Virus record (IMG/VR): IMGVR_UViG_3300014656_000017
Location: 46,909-110,908 of that record
Reading direction: 5' to 3' (one strand)
DNA: 64,000 bases
DNA from: a virus
Shown: positions 30,075 through 39,580 of the stretch, piece after piece
Position numbering within the stretch: the stretch's first letter is position 1
Layout of the letters: each line of letters begins with the position of its first letter
Program-made: the position numbers and the translations under genes
The notes under the pieces: generated by a model
What the model was told of the DNA's origin: nothing
Databases searched by the model: none
What the model saw: only the letters and a program-made list of their open reading frames with translations

Positions 30075-30855
30075 TATAATTTCCCCCATGCCTATAAGGA
30101 AGATCGGTGAACATATGAATCTTTTCTGGTGGGACTAATAAATTAACGCCAAAATATTTAATAGGAGCATCACCCCATCGCTTAATAAAAATGTTTCCTG
30201 TTTTATCAATATAGTTGAAATAGTCCATATAGTTTTTTATAAACCACTGCACATTTGTAAGATCAAAATGTGTATGAAAAGTACCATTATATTTCAATTC
30301 ACCTATTTTAGGATTGTTTGGTTGATATTTTTTAACGGTTTCATATAATCCTTCTATTACATAATCATCATCTATTCCCTCTCCAACAGAAGCGTACAGA
30401 TAATCTTTTTCTTGCATTACAGCAAACGGATCATATTTCATTTTATCATAAAAATATGAATCAGAATCTATTCTAAGCAAATATTGAGCCGCTTTTATTA
30501 TAGGCAGTTCAAAAATTTTACCAGAATACAGTCTACACATATGCCTATAACCCATACTAAAAAATGCAGTCTTATCCCAATGTCCTTTAAATTTAATTGG
30601 TATTTGATCAATAATATCTTTAGAATAATCGAGATCAAATTGTATTTCTTGGAAAATAAATTTAATGTTTGGAAACATTTGTTGTAGCCTTTTAATATTG
30701 TTTGCGGGGCCTCCCTCGTGTAAAATTATTACAGGATAGTCCCACGTGCTTAAAAAATTATTGTATAACAATTTAAGACTTGACACAATCCTATATGCAT
30801 GAAGAGGGTGATGATAGTATAAATAACAGATTGCGGCATTAGGTATAATTTTCAT
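30067..30855 (-). CDS. GT15 (Kre2/Mnt1-like) mannosyltransferase
   Basis: YPVIILHE, GYRHMCR, LRIDSD, RWGDAPI, YRH. Confidence 0.8.
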   Translation of the reverse strand: MKIIPNAAICYLYYHHPLHAYRIVSSLKLLYNNFLSTWDYPVIILHEGGPANNIKRLQQMFPNIKFIFQEIQFDLDYSKDIIDQIPIKFKGHWDKTAFFSMGYRHMCRLYSGKIFELPIIKAAQYLLRIDSDSYFYDKMKYDPFAVMQEKDYLYASVGEGIDDDYVIEGLYETVKKYQPNNPKIGELKYNGTFHTHFDLTNVQWFIKNYMDYFNYIDKTGNIFIKRWGDAPIKYFGVNLLVPPEKIHMFTDLPYRHGGNYNV

Positions 30856-31545
30856 TTAATTATATATTATCCAATTTCTTTTAAGTGTAGGTTGAGCAAA
30901 AGGTTCAATATTTCTACTGTATTTATGAAGATATAATTTATTCCCAATGTCTAAAGAATCAATTAAAGGAGAGAAGCTACTAGGTATTACATGAATTTCT
31001 TTTGCTCTTTCAATGATCGTTAAATAATCAAATATATTTGGGGTTAATCCTTTTTCTGAAAAAACTATTTTTGGAATTGATATTAACTTTTTGTCTACAA
31101 TCATATTTCTGGCTACATCCTCGTGTACAAAGGCATATTCAGAATCGTCCAAGTTATATTTAATCTTTATTTTTTTATAAAATTGTTCTTCGCTAGGCAA
31201 ATCTCTTATAACCTTAAACCCCTCCCACCGTTTACTAAAATCTACTCCCATCTTATAATAAAAACTAAAATCATAAACTCTACTAGATCTATCAAAGGTT
31301 TGCATGCCTATCATGATATGAGGCAATTTTTTTTGATGAACGGTTAACATCATATTATATTCATTAAGAGTAGATATGCACTCTAAATTTTTAATGTCTC
31401 TATACATAAAAATGACAGAATCAATATGAGTGTGCATTACAAACAAGTAACATTTGTCAAATTTCGTACAGATAGCTCGAATGAGAGCATTGCACACTAT
31501 AAAATCTCCTAATCCTTGGCTTTGACATATATAAATTTCTGGCAT
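30856..31545 (-). CDS. Putative glycosyltransferase-like protein
   Basis: QGLGDFIVCNALIR..AKEIHVIPSSF. Confidence 0.5.
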   Translation of the reverse strand: MPEIYICQSQGLGDFIVCNALIRAICTKFDKCYLFVMHTHIDSVIFMYRDIKNLECISTLNEYNMMLTVHQKKLPHIMIGMQTFDRSSRVYDFSFYYKMGVDFSKRWEGFKVIRDLPSEEQFYKKIKIKYNLDDSEYAFVHEDVARNMIVDKKLISIPKIVFSEKGLTPNIFDYLTIIERAKEIHVIPSSFSPLIDSLDIGNKLYLHKYSRNIEPFAQPTLKRNWIIYN

Positions 31546-31581
31546 ATTACATGATTCTTTTTCTTTTACTTTCAATCATAA

Positions 31582-32337
31582 TCAACTTCTAAATTTATTA
31601 CTTACAACCGACCAGTCCGGGACTTGTTTAATATATGCAGCTAACTTTAAAACATCCTTATCTCTTTCAGGGCCAAGGTCTTCCCACAATTTATCACTAA
31701 TTCTTTCTCTATTATCGCCTATCATTCTTTGCGCGGTTTTGTCTGGCGCAGTCTTTTTAATAGTCCAGTGATTGTGTTCTATTAATATATGTGGAATATA
31801 TGTAATTCTTTTAAAAGCACTAAAAGTTTCCCACATCCAGCTATCAGAATAGTTTATTGGAAATTCGGGGCGGCACAAATATCCTAAAATCTCGTAATAT
31901 TTTTTATGGATAAAAGCATTTACACACAGGCGCGGGCCATGATACCCATCATTACAATGTACCATTTTAATTTGGTCTGGAGGACAATTTTTATCTGTAA
32001 ATTCATTTAATATTTCTGAATCCCATGCAGGCGTTCTAAAAACCATATCGTCACCAATATATCCAAAGATATCGTGATCGACCTGTGCTACAGCTGCCAG
32101 TTGATTCCATATTCTATTAATTCCAATAAACTTGCCTTCATTATGTATTGGAACTATATGAACAAAAGGTATAGCACTAGATATTTTTTTGACTATATCC
32201 TTTGTTGGATCATCGTCATCTATTCCAAAATATAAACTCACATTATTAATATCACTGACAGTAGTGATGATAGAACTTATCAAAGTAAGTTTTAAGTTGA
32301 GTCTTTCTCGACTGGGAACTAGCAATGCAATTTTCAT
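31582..32337 (-). CDS. GT2-like glycosyltransferase
   Basis: LLVPSRER, IDDDD, IGDD, YSD. Confidence 0.7.
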   Translation of the reverse strand: MKIALLVPSRERLNLKLTLISSIITTVSDINNVSLYFGIDDDDPTKDIVKKISSAIPFVHIVPIHNEGKFIGINRIWNQLAAVAQVDHDIFGYIGDDMVFRTPAWDSEILNEFTDKNCPPDQIKMVHCNDGYHGPRLCVNAFIHKKYYEILGYLCRPEFPINYSDSWMWETFSAFKRITYIPHILIEHNHWTIKKTAPDKTAQRMIGDNRERISDKLWEDLGPERDKDVLKLAAYIKQVPDWSVVSNKFRS

Positions 32338-33143
32338 AATATCTTTTTAGCATACTTCTTTTGTATATCTTCACAAATAGCTAATACCTTTTCAGGTGGT
32401 GTATCTGGAGTTTTAGTAGGAATGAATCCGTGCTTCTGAGCATACCATTGAGCTCCTTTTTGCATGCCCTCTGTCCATTCAGAGGTTTTTCGAATTACTG
32501 AATTGACTTCACTGCTTGCTAATTCATTAATATATTCATCACTATTAGCCAAATCAGCAAACCACCAAAATGGAGGATGTAATCCAGCTTTAATAATTCT
32601 ATATGTATGATCTACATGCTCCCAAGCATTTTGAAATCTTTCATCCATATATCCAATAGATTTAATAACACCTCTCAAATAATAACTAAAAGATCCTACA
32701 GAATTTGGATTTAATCCAATCTCAATTCCATTCTCATAATCAACTATTTGTCTAGGATTCTTAACGCCATATTGTCCTGGTTTAAAGTTAGCAGGCCCGT
32801 GGTATGCAAAATTAAGGTGCCATATTCCAGAAGCCTCTGCTGCTTTGATATATGCATTAAAAACATCTGGATTTTTAATTAACATATCATCTTCTATTAA
32901 AAACAAATGCTGACATCCATCTTGAATCAAATATCTCAGTGCTTCGTTTTTAGAAATGCCTACACATTTATTAGAACTGTGTTGAATAACTTCTTTTACA
33001 TTGCGTGTATAAACATCACTATCGTATGGCTTTCCATCATTGACTACTATTAATGTTTCTACACCAGGTATAGAAGCAAGACACTGTTTAAAGAAGTCTA
33101 CTCTGTTACACGTTAGTATTGCTGCGCCAATTTTATTATTCAT
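32334..33143 (-). CDS. GT2 glycosyltransferase
   Basis: TCNR, VNDG, KN, IEDD, GYMDE, EHVD. Confidence 0.8.
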   Translation of the reverse strand: MNNKIGAAILTCNRVDFFKQCLASIPGVETLIVVNDGKPYDSDVYTRNVKEVIQHSSNKCVGISKNEALRYLIQDGCQHLFLIEDDMLIKNPDVFNAYIKAAEASGIWHLNFAYHGPANFKPGQYGVKNPRQIVDYENGIEIGLNPNSVGSFSYYLRGVIKSIGYMDERFQNAWEHVDHTYRIIKAGLHPPFWWFADLANSDEYINELASSEVNSVIRKTSEWTEGMQKGAQWYAQKHGFIPTKTPDTPPEKVLAICEDIQKKYAKKIL

Positions 33144-33399
33144 TCTTTTTCTTCTTTGGTTTTTTAACAGTTTTCTTTTTTACTGCTTTCTTTTTTACTG
33201 CTTTATCTTTTGGATCTTTATCATCCTTGTGCTTTTCAATGTCTCTATCAGGTTTGCCCTTTTCTTTGACAGTTACCTTTCCAAGTACGATACCTTCTTT
33301 TTTCATACTTTTCTTAAATTTTCCTGTATCAAAGTCAATAGCACCAATAATAGCATTCATTATGTTCTTATATTCGCCTTCTGGTTTTAGTTTAGCCAT
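33136..33399 (-). CDS. Small lysine-rich protein
   Basis: KAVKKKAVKKKTVKKPKKKK tail; overlaps both neighbours. Confidence 0.6.
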   Translation of the reverse strand: MAKLKPEGEYKNIMNAIIGAIDFDTGKFKKSMKKEGIVLGKVTVKEKGKPDRDIEKHKDDKDPKDKAVKKKAVKKKTVKKPKKKKNE

Positions 33400-34450
33400 T
33401 TTTTGTCTCCACTTTTTTATACACTTCTTGAAGATAGTTTGTTAGCTCTTCTTTCTTATCGAAGTTTTCTAAATTCTTAATAAACTCTTCAATATCACCC
33501 TGAATATTTATACCTGAAAATACAAAATCAATCTCATCTATGACTTCAATATTTCCTATTGTACTATATTCTACTTTTAATTCCAATGGTTTAAGTAACG
33601 AGAACTTGTTAATCAGTGATTCTATCATTTGCGGATTTGCTTTTGCATCTACAATAAAAGATACAATATTGTCAGCAAATTCCTTTTTAATAGTACTTGT
33701 CAATTTTCCTACTGCTATTAGTTCTGATAGTCTTACCTTTCTATGTCGTGGTGATTGTAGATTGGGTATGAAATTTGCATTTTTAGTTGGTATATCTAAA
33801 AGATAAATACCTTTTGGTGAATTAGCCTCTCCCCAGTTTTGTTCATACGGAGAACCTAAATATACAATAGTTCCATTAGAATATTTTCGAGCTTCAGTTA
33901 AATGAAAATGTCCTGTAATAATTAAATCTGCTTTTGTTAATAAATCATTAGAATTAATGCCGTATTCACAAATTCTTCTAGAATTCATTTTAAATGTCTT
34001 AATATCAAAATGTCCAAAAATAATATCACTATTAGGAATTTCATCTAACGGCGTATTCCATGGAACAAAGGTTAACATTTTTTCATGAGATGTAATAGTG
34101 GTCAATTTATCAATAACTGTTATATTTTCCCACTGATCTAATAAATCTAAAGAATGTACATCTGACCTTTTATTATAATAACAGTCATGATTTCCTACAA
34201 GCACAATAATATTAAAGCAATCTAATATTTCGAAAAATTTAGATAATTGTTGTAAAGTGGTCACAGGCACTTCATTTCGATCATCTAAAATATCTCCTGC
34301 AATTATAATATCTTTGATATTGTTAGATAATAATGTTTCCTTTAGCCAGTGTGCAAAATTTAATATTATTTTATGCCATTGAGTAGAGGAGCCATGTAAC
34401 CCTACATGCAAATCTGATATTAGTGCAACTTGTTCTTTAATTAGCTTCAT
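33392..34450 (-). CDS. gp47: Recombination endonuclease subunit (gp47, Mre11/SbcD-like)
   Basis: SDLH, GD, GNHD, GHFH, YLGSP. Confidence 0.93.
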   Translation of the reverse strand: MKLIKEQVALISDLHVGLHGSSTQWHKIILNFAHWLKETLLSNNIKDIIIAGDILDDRNEVPVTTLQQLSKFFEILDCFNIIVLVGNHDCYYNKRSDVHSLDLLDQWENITVIDKLTTITSHEKMLTFVPWNTPLDEIPNSDIIFGHFDIKTFKMNSRRICEYGINSNDLLTKADLIITGHFHLTEARKYSNGTIVYLGSPYEQNWGEANSPKGIYLLDIPTKNANFIPNLQSPRHRKVRLSELIAVGKLTSTIKKEFADNIVSFIVDAKANPQMIESLINKFSLLKPLELKVEYSTIGNIEVIDEIDFVFSGINIQGDIEEFIKNLENFDKKEELTNYLQEVYKKVETKNG

Positions 34451-35231
34451 TTATAAGTCCTCTATCATCTCCATAATCATTATCATATGAATCATGATAC
34501 GTTCTGTGTTGTGCGGGCAATTCTCCGGAGCCGACCATATTATCAAAGGTTTCTGCTTGTAGTTCATCTAATGCTTTTCTTGCCCGTTTTTCTTTTTTGA
34601 TTCTATTGCAAAATGCATGAAAGGCTATTTTTGTAAAATATGAAAAAGGATTTCCTTTCTTCGGTTTAAATTTTTTGGTGGTTAATGCTTCTAACATTTT
34701 TATTAGAGCATCGCCTGACATTTCTTCTCTATAAGAATAATTTACGAAATTAGGGGCATAAGCTAATCTGTTTGCAATTTGTTGAATAGAATTAGCCAAT
34801 TCATCTGTCATATTATTATCTTTATAGTATTGAACAATTTGGTTTTTTAATACTTCAGGATCTATATAATTATTAGATACTTTTGTGATAATATTTTTAA
34901 TAACAAGCACAGGCATTACATATGTATGATTTGCAGAATATGCTGTTGCTCCTATTCCTAGTGTTGTTTTGCCTACTTGCTTTGGTCTAAATGTATGAGC
35001 TACTTCAATTTTATCAATATCTTGTTTTCTATTAGTGATAATGGTTATTTTAGTATTGTCCCCAAAATCCCAGGCCATTTTTTTAACAGGGACTGTTAAA
35101 GGCAAATGAATCAATCTAAAAAATACAGGACACGGAATAATAATTTCTTGAACACATTCTGACCATTCAAAATCTTCTGGACCCTTTCCTTGTATTTTAA
35201 TTTCATGTTTCGCACACTGTTTTTGTTTCAT
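34437..35231 (-). CDS. gp55: Late transcription sigma factor gp55 with N-terminal PKD-like domain
   Basis: NYID..IANRL..PNFVNYSYREEM.GDA..NPFSYFTKIAFHAF.NRIKKEK; N-terminus has WDFGD...HTF...G. Confidence 0.88.
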   Translation of the reverse strand: MKQKQCAKHEIKIQGKGPEDFEWSECVQEIIIPCPVFFRLIHLPLTVPVKKMAWDFGDNTKITIITNRKQDIDKIEVAHTFRPKQVGKTTLGIGATAYSANHTYVMPVLVIKNIITKVSNNYIDPEVLKNQIVQYYKDNNMTDELANSIQQIANRLAYAPNFVNYSYREEMSGDALIKMLEALTTKKFKPKKGNPFSYFTKIAFHAFCNRIKKEKRARKALDELQAETFDNMVGSGELPAQHRTYHDSYDNDYGDDRGLINEAN

Positions 35232-36711
35232 ATTTTATTTTCTCATTATCATAATGTCTAACTCGAACTTCTAAGTGCTTCCGCCCATAGTATAGTTCGT
35301 CTGCTATATCAAATATAACCAATAGATTTTTCTTAGGATGTAATCTTAACCCTCTTCCAATACTTTGCAACAATGTAATTTTAGCCTTACCACTTTGTGC
35401 AAAAAGCAAATAGTGAATATTCTTAACACTAATACCTGTAGAAAATATTTTAGTCATAGCAATACATACTATATTGTTCTTTGCTTCCATTAATTTTTTA
35501 ACAGATTCACGATCATTCATTTCTACAGAACCTCTAATAAAGTACACTTCTTTATTAGGAATATTGGTTTGTAGTGTTTTTTCTAGAAGTTCACCATGAT
35601 CTAATTTGTCTACCATAATTAAAATATTATTGTCTACCTTTTGAGCAAGTCGGGATATAATTTTATTTCTATATTCACTATTATAAATAAACGCGCACTC
35701 TTGTAAATATCCTTTAGTTGGATCATCAGCATCTCGTTTTATGTGAGGTGGATGTTTATATTTAATATTAATCACTTGTGCAAATACAGGAGAAATAGCT
35801 CCACTCTTCTGCAACTCCGCTGAATTCACATCTAAAATTATAGGCCCAATTTTACCTATAATATTCCATGTATCAATTAAGCTTTCTGGTAGAGTTCCTG
35901 TTAGTCCAAATTTATGTGGAGTTTTAAAAATATCTACTGTCTCATTTATCAAATTAGCCTTTTTTAAGGTGTGTACTTCGTCTATGATAACTAAATCCAC
36001 ATCTGATAATTCTGTTAAATATTCATCTCTCTGTTGTTTCCATTCACTGTCTTTTTTACGTTTTGATTTTACTATTTTGCCATCTTTTCTACAGTATTGA
36101 TTAATACGAGCTTGTACAATTGGATAAGTGGCTAAAATGATAGGAGCTTTTTTAAATTCGTGATCGCCACTCCACTGACTTATGTTTTCTTTAGGTATAC
36201 CATATTCTATTAAATCATTATATGTTTGTTCAATTAAATTGGGAGGTAATAGGACGAATGTGGTAGTAGGCTTAATAGCGCTAATAAGACCTGCCATTAA
36301 AAGAGTTTTTCCTCCAGCTGTGCCTATTACAAAAATACCTTTACCATATTTCAATCCCTCTAATATACCCTGTTCTTGAAAATCGCGGTAGGGAAGATTT
36401 AAAACAGGCACATCAACAGGTTCTGGTGTATATCCTGTTTCAATTTTATCTTTTAAAAGTGGAGTTGTAATTACATCATAGTCGATATCGCAATTGATTA
36501 AATAGTCATGTATATCGTAATAAAGTCCTATATTGAATCTTCCTGTATCTGTGATAGCAAATAATCTCTTTGGAATATGCGATCCTTGAAATTTAGACAG
36601 TTTAGCTAGAGGGTTAGGTACAGAAAAATAGTGTCTGATATTATTTAAAAAATCAGATGTTATTATTCCCTTACTATATCTAGTATCCCAGTCTAATATT
36701 ACTTTAGGCAT
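35203..36711 (-). CDS. uvsW: SF2 helicase UvsW
   Basis: TAGGKT, IIDEVH, GLTGT, STGIS, QSIGRGLR. Confidence 0.92.
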   Translation of the reverse strand: MPKVILDWDTRYSKGIITSDFLNNIRHYFSVPNPLAKLSKFQGSHIPKRLFAITDTGRFNIGLYYDIHDYLINCDIDYDVITTPLLKDKIETGYTPEPVDVPVLNLPYRDFQEQGILEGLKYGKGIFVIGTAGGKTLLMAGLISAIKPTTTFVLLPPNLIEQTYNDLIEYGIPKENISQWSGDHEFKKAPIILATYPIVQARINQYCRKDGKIVKSKRKKDSEWKQQRDEYLTELSDVDLVIIDEVHTLKKANLINETVDIFKTPHKFGLTGTLPESLIDTWNIIGKIGPIILDVNSAELQKSGAISPVFAQVINIKYKHPPHIKRDADDPTKGYLQECAFIYNSEYRNKIISRLAQKVDNNILIMVDKLDHGELLEKTLQTNIPNKEVYFIRGSVEMNDRESVKKLMEAKNNIVCIAMTKIFSTGISVKNIHYLLFAQSGKAKITLLQSIGRGLRLHPKKNLLVIFDIADELYYGRKHLEVRVRHYDNEKIKYETKTVCET

Positions 36712-37112
36712 TAACTAAGCTCTGCTCTTTTTATCTCTATTATATTCTTTATATCAAATGTAGACGACTTTAATATTTGTTCAGCTTTTTCTAAATATTC
36801 AATTAATATATCACAATCTGTTATTTTAGAATCGATTTTTTGCACAACCTCGTGTTGCTCTGCATGAAGCATTAAACTTCGATCAGAAAGAGTAACAATT
36901 TGTTTATCTTTGTTTTTAGTGATTAAATTAATAATAGCTTCTTTCCTTAACTCTTTTAGTTTGTTTCTTTCAATTTTTTGTTCAATTAATCTAGACACCC
37001 ATTTGTGTTTGATAGCGGGTAGCTTCATTTGTGTGTCTTTTAAGTTAATATCATCCAATTGCAGATCTTCTTTAAGTTCTGCGTTATACTTCTCAAATAG
37101 ATTTTTATCCAT
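36711..37112 (-). CDS. uvsY: Recombination mediator UvsY
   Basis: DLQLD..L..P..KHKW..YLE..FDIKNII; adjacent to uvsW. Confidence 0.8.
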   Translation of the reverse strand: MDKNLFEKYNAELKEDLQLDDINLKDTQMKLPAIKHKWVSRLIEQKIERNKLKELRKEAIINLITKNKDKQIVTLSDRSLMLHAEQHEVVQKIDSKITDCDILIEYLEKAEQILKSSTFDIKNIIEIKRAELS

Positions 37113-37133
37113 AGTAGATTCCTATATGTAATA

Positions 37134-37161
37134 AGTATAAGTAATTATTGAGGAAAGGCAA
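37134..37161 (-). promoter_or_regulatory. sigma70-like promoter TTGCCT-N16-TATACT for the uvsY arm (overlaps divergent ATAAGTA late motifs)
   Basis: Divergent intergenic region. Confidence 0.6.
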
Positions 37162-37169
37162 CTAAAATT

Positions 37170-37835
37170 ATGAAAAAAGTAAATGAAACAACAACAGCCG
37201 GTGTATTTGGACCATCACAAAATCATGCAGAGACACCAGGATTTAGTGGCGACTTTTATGCTCCCGGAGATGCTCGTAATTTGTGGGGTGCTGAAAATCT
37301 AAAAGGTAAAAAGAAAAAGAAAAGAAGTAAAAAAATTCCCCTGTATAGAAGGACATTTAATGAACTAATCAATTCTTCAACAGAGTCTAAAAAATCACCT
37401 TTAATGGAATGCGCCGTTAAATCTGAGCAAAAAGAATATTGCAATATTCTAAAATCAATACTGGAAAAATCAAATGTTAGATATATAATAGATGATGATG
37501 GAGTGGTGTTATTTTGGGAAAGTGATATTGGTGTTAAAAAAGTAATTGATAAATTACAAACTATTATAACAGAAGAACCTTTCGAGGATGAAAAAATTGC
37601 AGTGATAATCGGAGAGGCAAATGAAATTACATTAAAATCTCCTAAAAAGGATTATAATGAATATGATCAAAAGGAATTTGAAATGGGTATAGAAGTTGAA
37701 AAAGAACATACCAATGATATTGAGATAGCTAAAAACATCACAGCAAACCATTTAGATGAATTTCCTACTTATTATACAGCCTTGAAACAAATGGAGGATA
37801 AATTAAAACAACATGAGCAACGCAAACAAAAATAA
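37170..37835 (+). CDS. Hypothetical protein with C-terminal DUF5661-like motif
   Basis: MGIEVEKEHT..IA..HL.E.P.YY..L..ME. Confidence 0.6.
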   Translation: MKKVNETTTAGVFGPSQNHAETPGFSGDFYAPGDARNLWGAENLKGKKKKKRSKKIPLYRRTFNELINSSTESKKSPLMECAVKSEQKEYCNILKSILEKSNVRYIIDDDGVVLFWESDIGVKKVIDKLQTIITEEPFEDEKIAVIIGEANEITLKSPKKDYNEYDQKEFEMGIEVEKEHTNDIEIAKNITANHLDEFPTYYTALKQMEDKLKQHEQRKQK

Positions 37836-38361
37836 AGGTAAAGGTTGGGAAAGAGAATTAGCTAAGCACTTGTCTAAAGTGACTGGTAAGTCCTTTACTC
37901 GTGTCCCAAACAGTGGAGCTTTTGTTGGTGGTAAAAATTTCTTCCGAACTGAAACACTCTCTAAGGAACAAATAGGCATGTTTGAAGGTGATTTAATTAC
38001 ACCAAAAGAATGGGATCATGTTAGATTTGAATGCAAGTTTTATAAGAAGATGGCTTGGGCTAAATTGTTTGCACCAGAAGGCGAAAGCCAAATGAATAAG
38101 TGGATTGAACAAGTCTCACAAGGAACCCGGCCTTATTGGTTCCTTTGCTTTAAGATTAATAACATTGGAAGATTTGTTCTATTTTTAGATAATGTAAAAT
38201 ACATTTACCAAAATTCTCTTTATTATTTTATTCCACCAAAAACTGATAATATATCAACTACACATTATCCACCTTGTAAAATAGTATCAATGGATACCTT
38301 CTTTGAACTAAATAAAGATATAATAGAGGGATTAAAAAATGACACAGATAATCGGAACTAA
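37813..38361 (+). CDS. Holliday junction resolvase-like PD-(D/E)XK nuclease
   Basis: KGKGWERE, RVPNSGA, GDL, ECK. Confidence 0.78.
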   Translation: MSNANKNKGKGWERELAKHLSKVTGKSFTRVPNSGAFVGGKNFFRTETLSKEQIGMFEGDLITPKEWDHVRFECKFYKKMAWAKLFAPEGESQMNKWIEQVSQGTRPYWFLCFKINNIGRFVLFLDNVKYIYQNSLYYFIPPKTDNISTTHYPPCKIVSMDTFFELNKDIIEGLKNDTDNRN

Positions 38362-38998
38362 CAGAGATAGTAAATGTATGTATTGTGATGCGAAATCTTA
38401 TGGCAACGGATGTCCATATTCCCCACATAAACGACACGTTCATGGAGATGATCCAAAAAGATGTATTTATTGTGGATCTGCCTCTTTTGGTATTGGATGC
38501 CCATATAATCCATTTGGAAGAGTTCATATTCATGGTGTAGAATATAATCAAATGATGAAAGAATCTGCTTACAATAGCTATACTGTTGGAATATTCTTAC
38601 ACAGATTGATTCAACCAATAAAAGAAATGGAAGCATATAAAATTGGTTTGATAGACGATGAAGGTAAAAAATTAAGAGAAAGTGTAAATGCAGAAGACAG
38701 TATTGCATTAACACCACTTGATTCACTTATATTGAAAGTAAGAAGATTAATAGGTGAAGATAAATTGGAGCTATTAAATGCTAATGTTTTATTTGATCTT
38801 GTTAATAAAGAACCGTCAACACAAAAATTTGATACCAAGTTATATGAAAATGAAGTAAAACTAAAACAAAGAATAAACACTCTTGTGCAAGATTATAAAA
38901 ATATTATTGCAGATGGAATAAATAGTGGATTATCCTCAAGTACAATAGAAAATATAGTAATTGAAGGATTTCTTAATGACACAACAAAAACTGAATGA
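38339..38998 (+). CDS. Hypothetical protein with two Cys/His repeats
   Basis: CxYC..GCPY.P..HxHG twice; AYKIGLIDDEGK. Confidence 0.6.
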   Translation: MTQIIGTNRDSKCMYCDAKSYGNGCPYSPHKRHVHGDDPKRCIYCGSASFGIGCPYNPFGRVHIHGVEYNQMMKESAYNSYTVGIFLHRLIQPIKEMEAYKIGLIDDEGKKLRESVNAEDSIALTPLDSLILKVRRLIGEDKLELLNANVLFDLVNKEPSTQKFDTKLYENEVKLKQRINTLVQDYKNIIADGINSGLSSSTIENIVIEGFLNDTTKTE

Positions 38999-39548
38999 TA
39001 TTATAGAGACACCAGAATTTAAAATAGTTCTTTTTGATCAAATACTCGAAAAGTCTCAAAATGATTTAGTCAAAGAAATTAGTCTCTCAATTCATCAAAA
39101 TATTATATTATATATACAAAGTTTAGACCAAGATATAAAACGACTACTTCTTCACTTCATAACTATCAATATTTTCAACAAGATACAAGAATTAAATGGA
39201 TCAGACAAGATATTGTTTGTACAACCAACCTTCAAAGATCACATAATGAAAGAGTTTGTTGAAGCTCGAAAGACCACTAAAGTATATAATTTTGTTTTCA
39301 ATACTCTTTTATTGTTAAGCAAAAGGGTTCCTTTTCCAATGTATGTTTCAAGAAACGTTATAGATTTGAACAATATGTCAGCAGGTGAAACTAAAGAATT
39401 GATTCATAAACTCCAAGGCAAAATTAACAAGTTTAAAAATTCTAATATGTCCAGTAAACTTCTTAAAAAATTTACACAAAAGAAAGGATTAATATATCTA
39501 GAAAAGGAATATTTACAATCTAAAGAGTTTAAAAAGCTTTTTTATTAA
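38961..39548 (+). CDS. Hypothetical protein
   Basis: 195-aa ORF in operon. Confidence 0.6.
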   Translation: MKDFLMTQQKLNDIIETPEFKIVLFDQILEKSQNDLVKEISLSIHQNIILYIQSLDQDIKRLLLHFITINIFNKIQELNGSDKILFVQPTFKDHIMKEFVEARKTTKVYNFVFNTLLLLSKRVPFPMYVSRNVIDLNNMSAGETKELIHKLQGKINKFKNSNMSSKLLKKFTQKKGLIYLEKEYLQSKEFKKLFY

Positions 39549-39552
39549 TGAT

Positions 39553-39569
39553 TTTCATAAATATTTAAA
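39553..39569 (+). promoter_or_regulatory. T4-type late promoter motif (TTTCATAAATATTTAAA)
   Basis: Identical 17-mer at 45480-45496; resembles T4 TATAAATA. Confidence 0.65.
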
Positions 39570-39580
39570 GGAGAAATACT

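Noticed and set aside
15245-33143. Host bacterial O-antigen/capsule locus or chimeric assembly
   Set aside because: No wzx/wzy/initiating transferase; genes overlap the flanking phage genes (nrdJ, the gp47 neighbour) with similar AT-rich composition.
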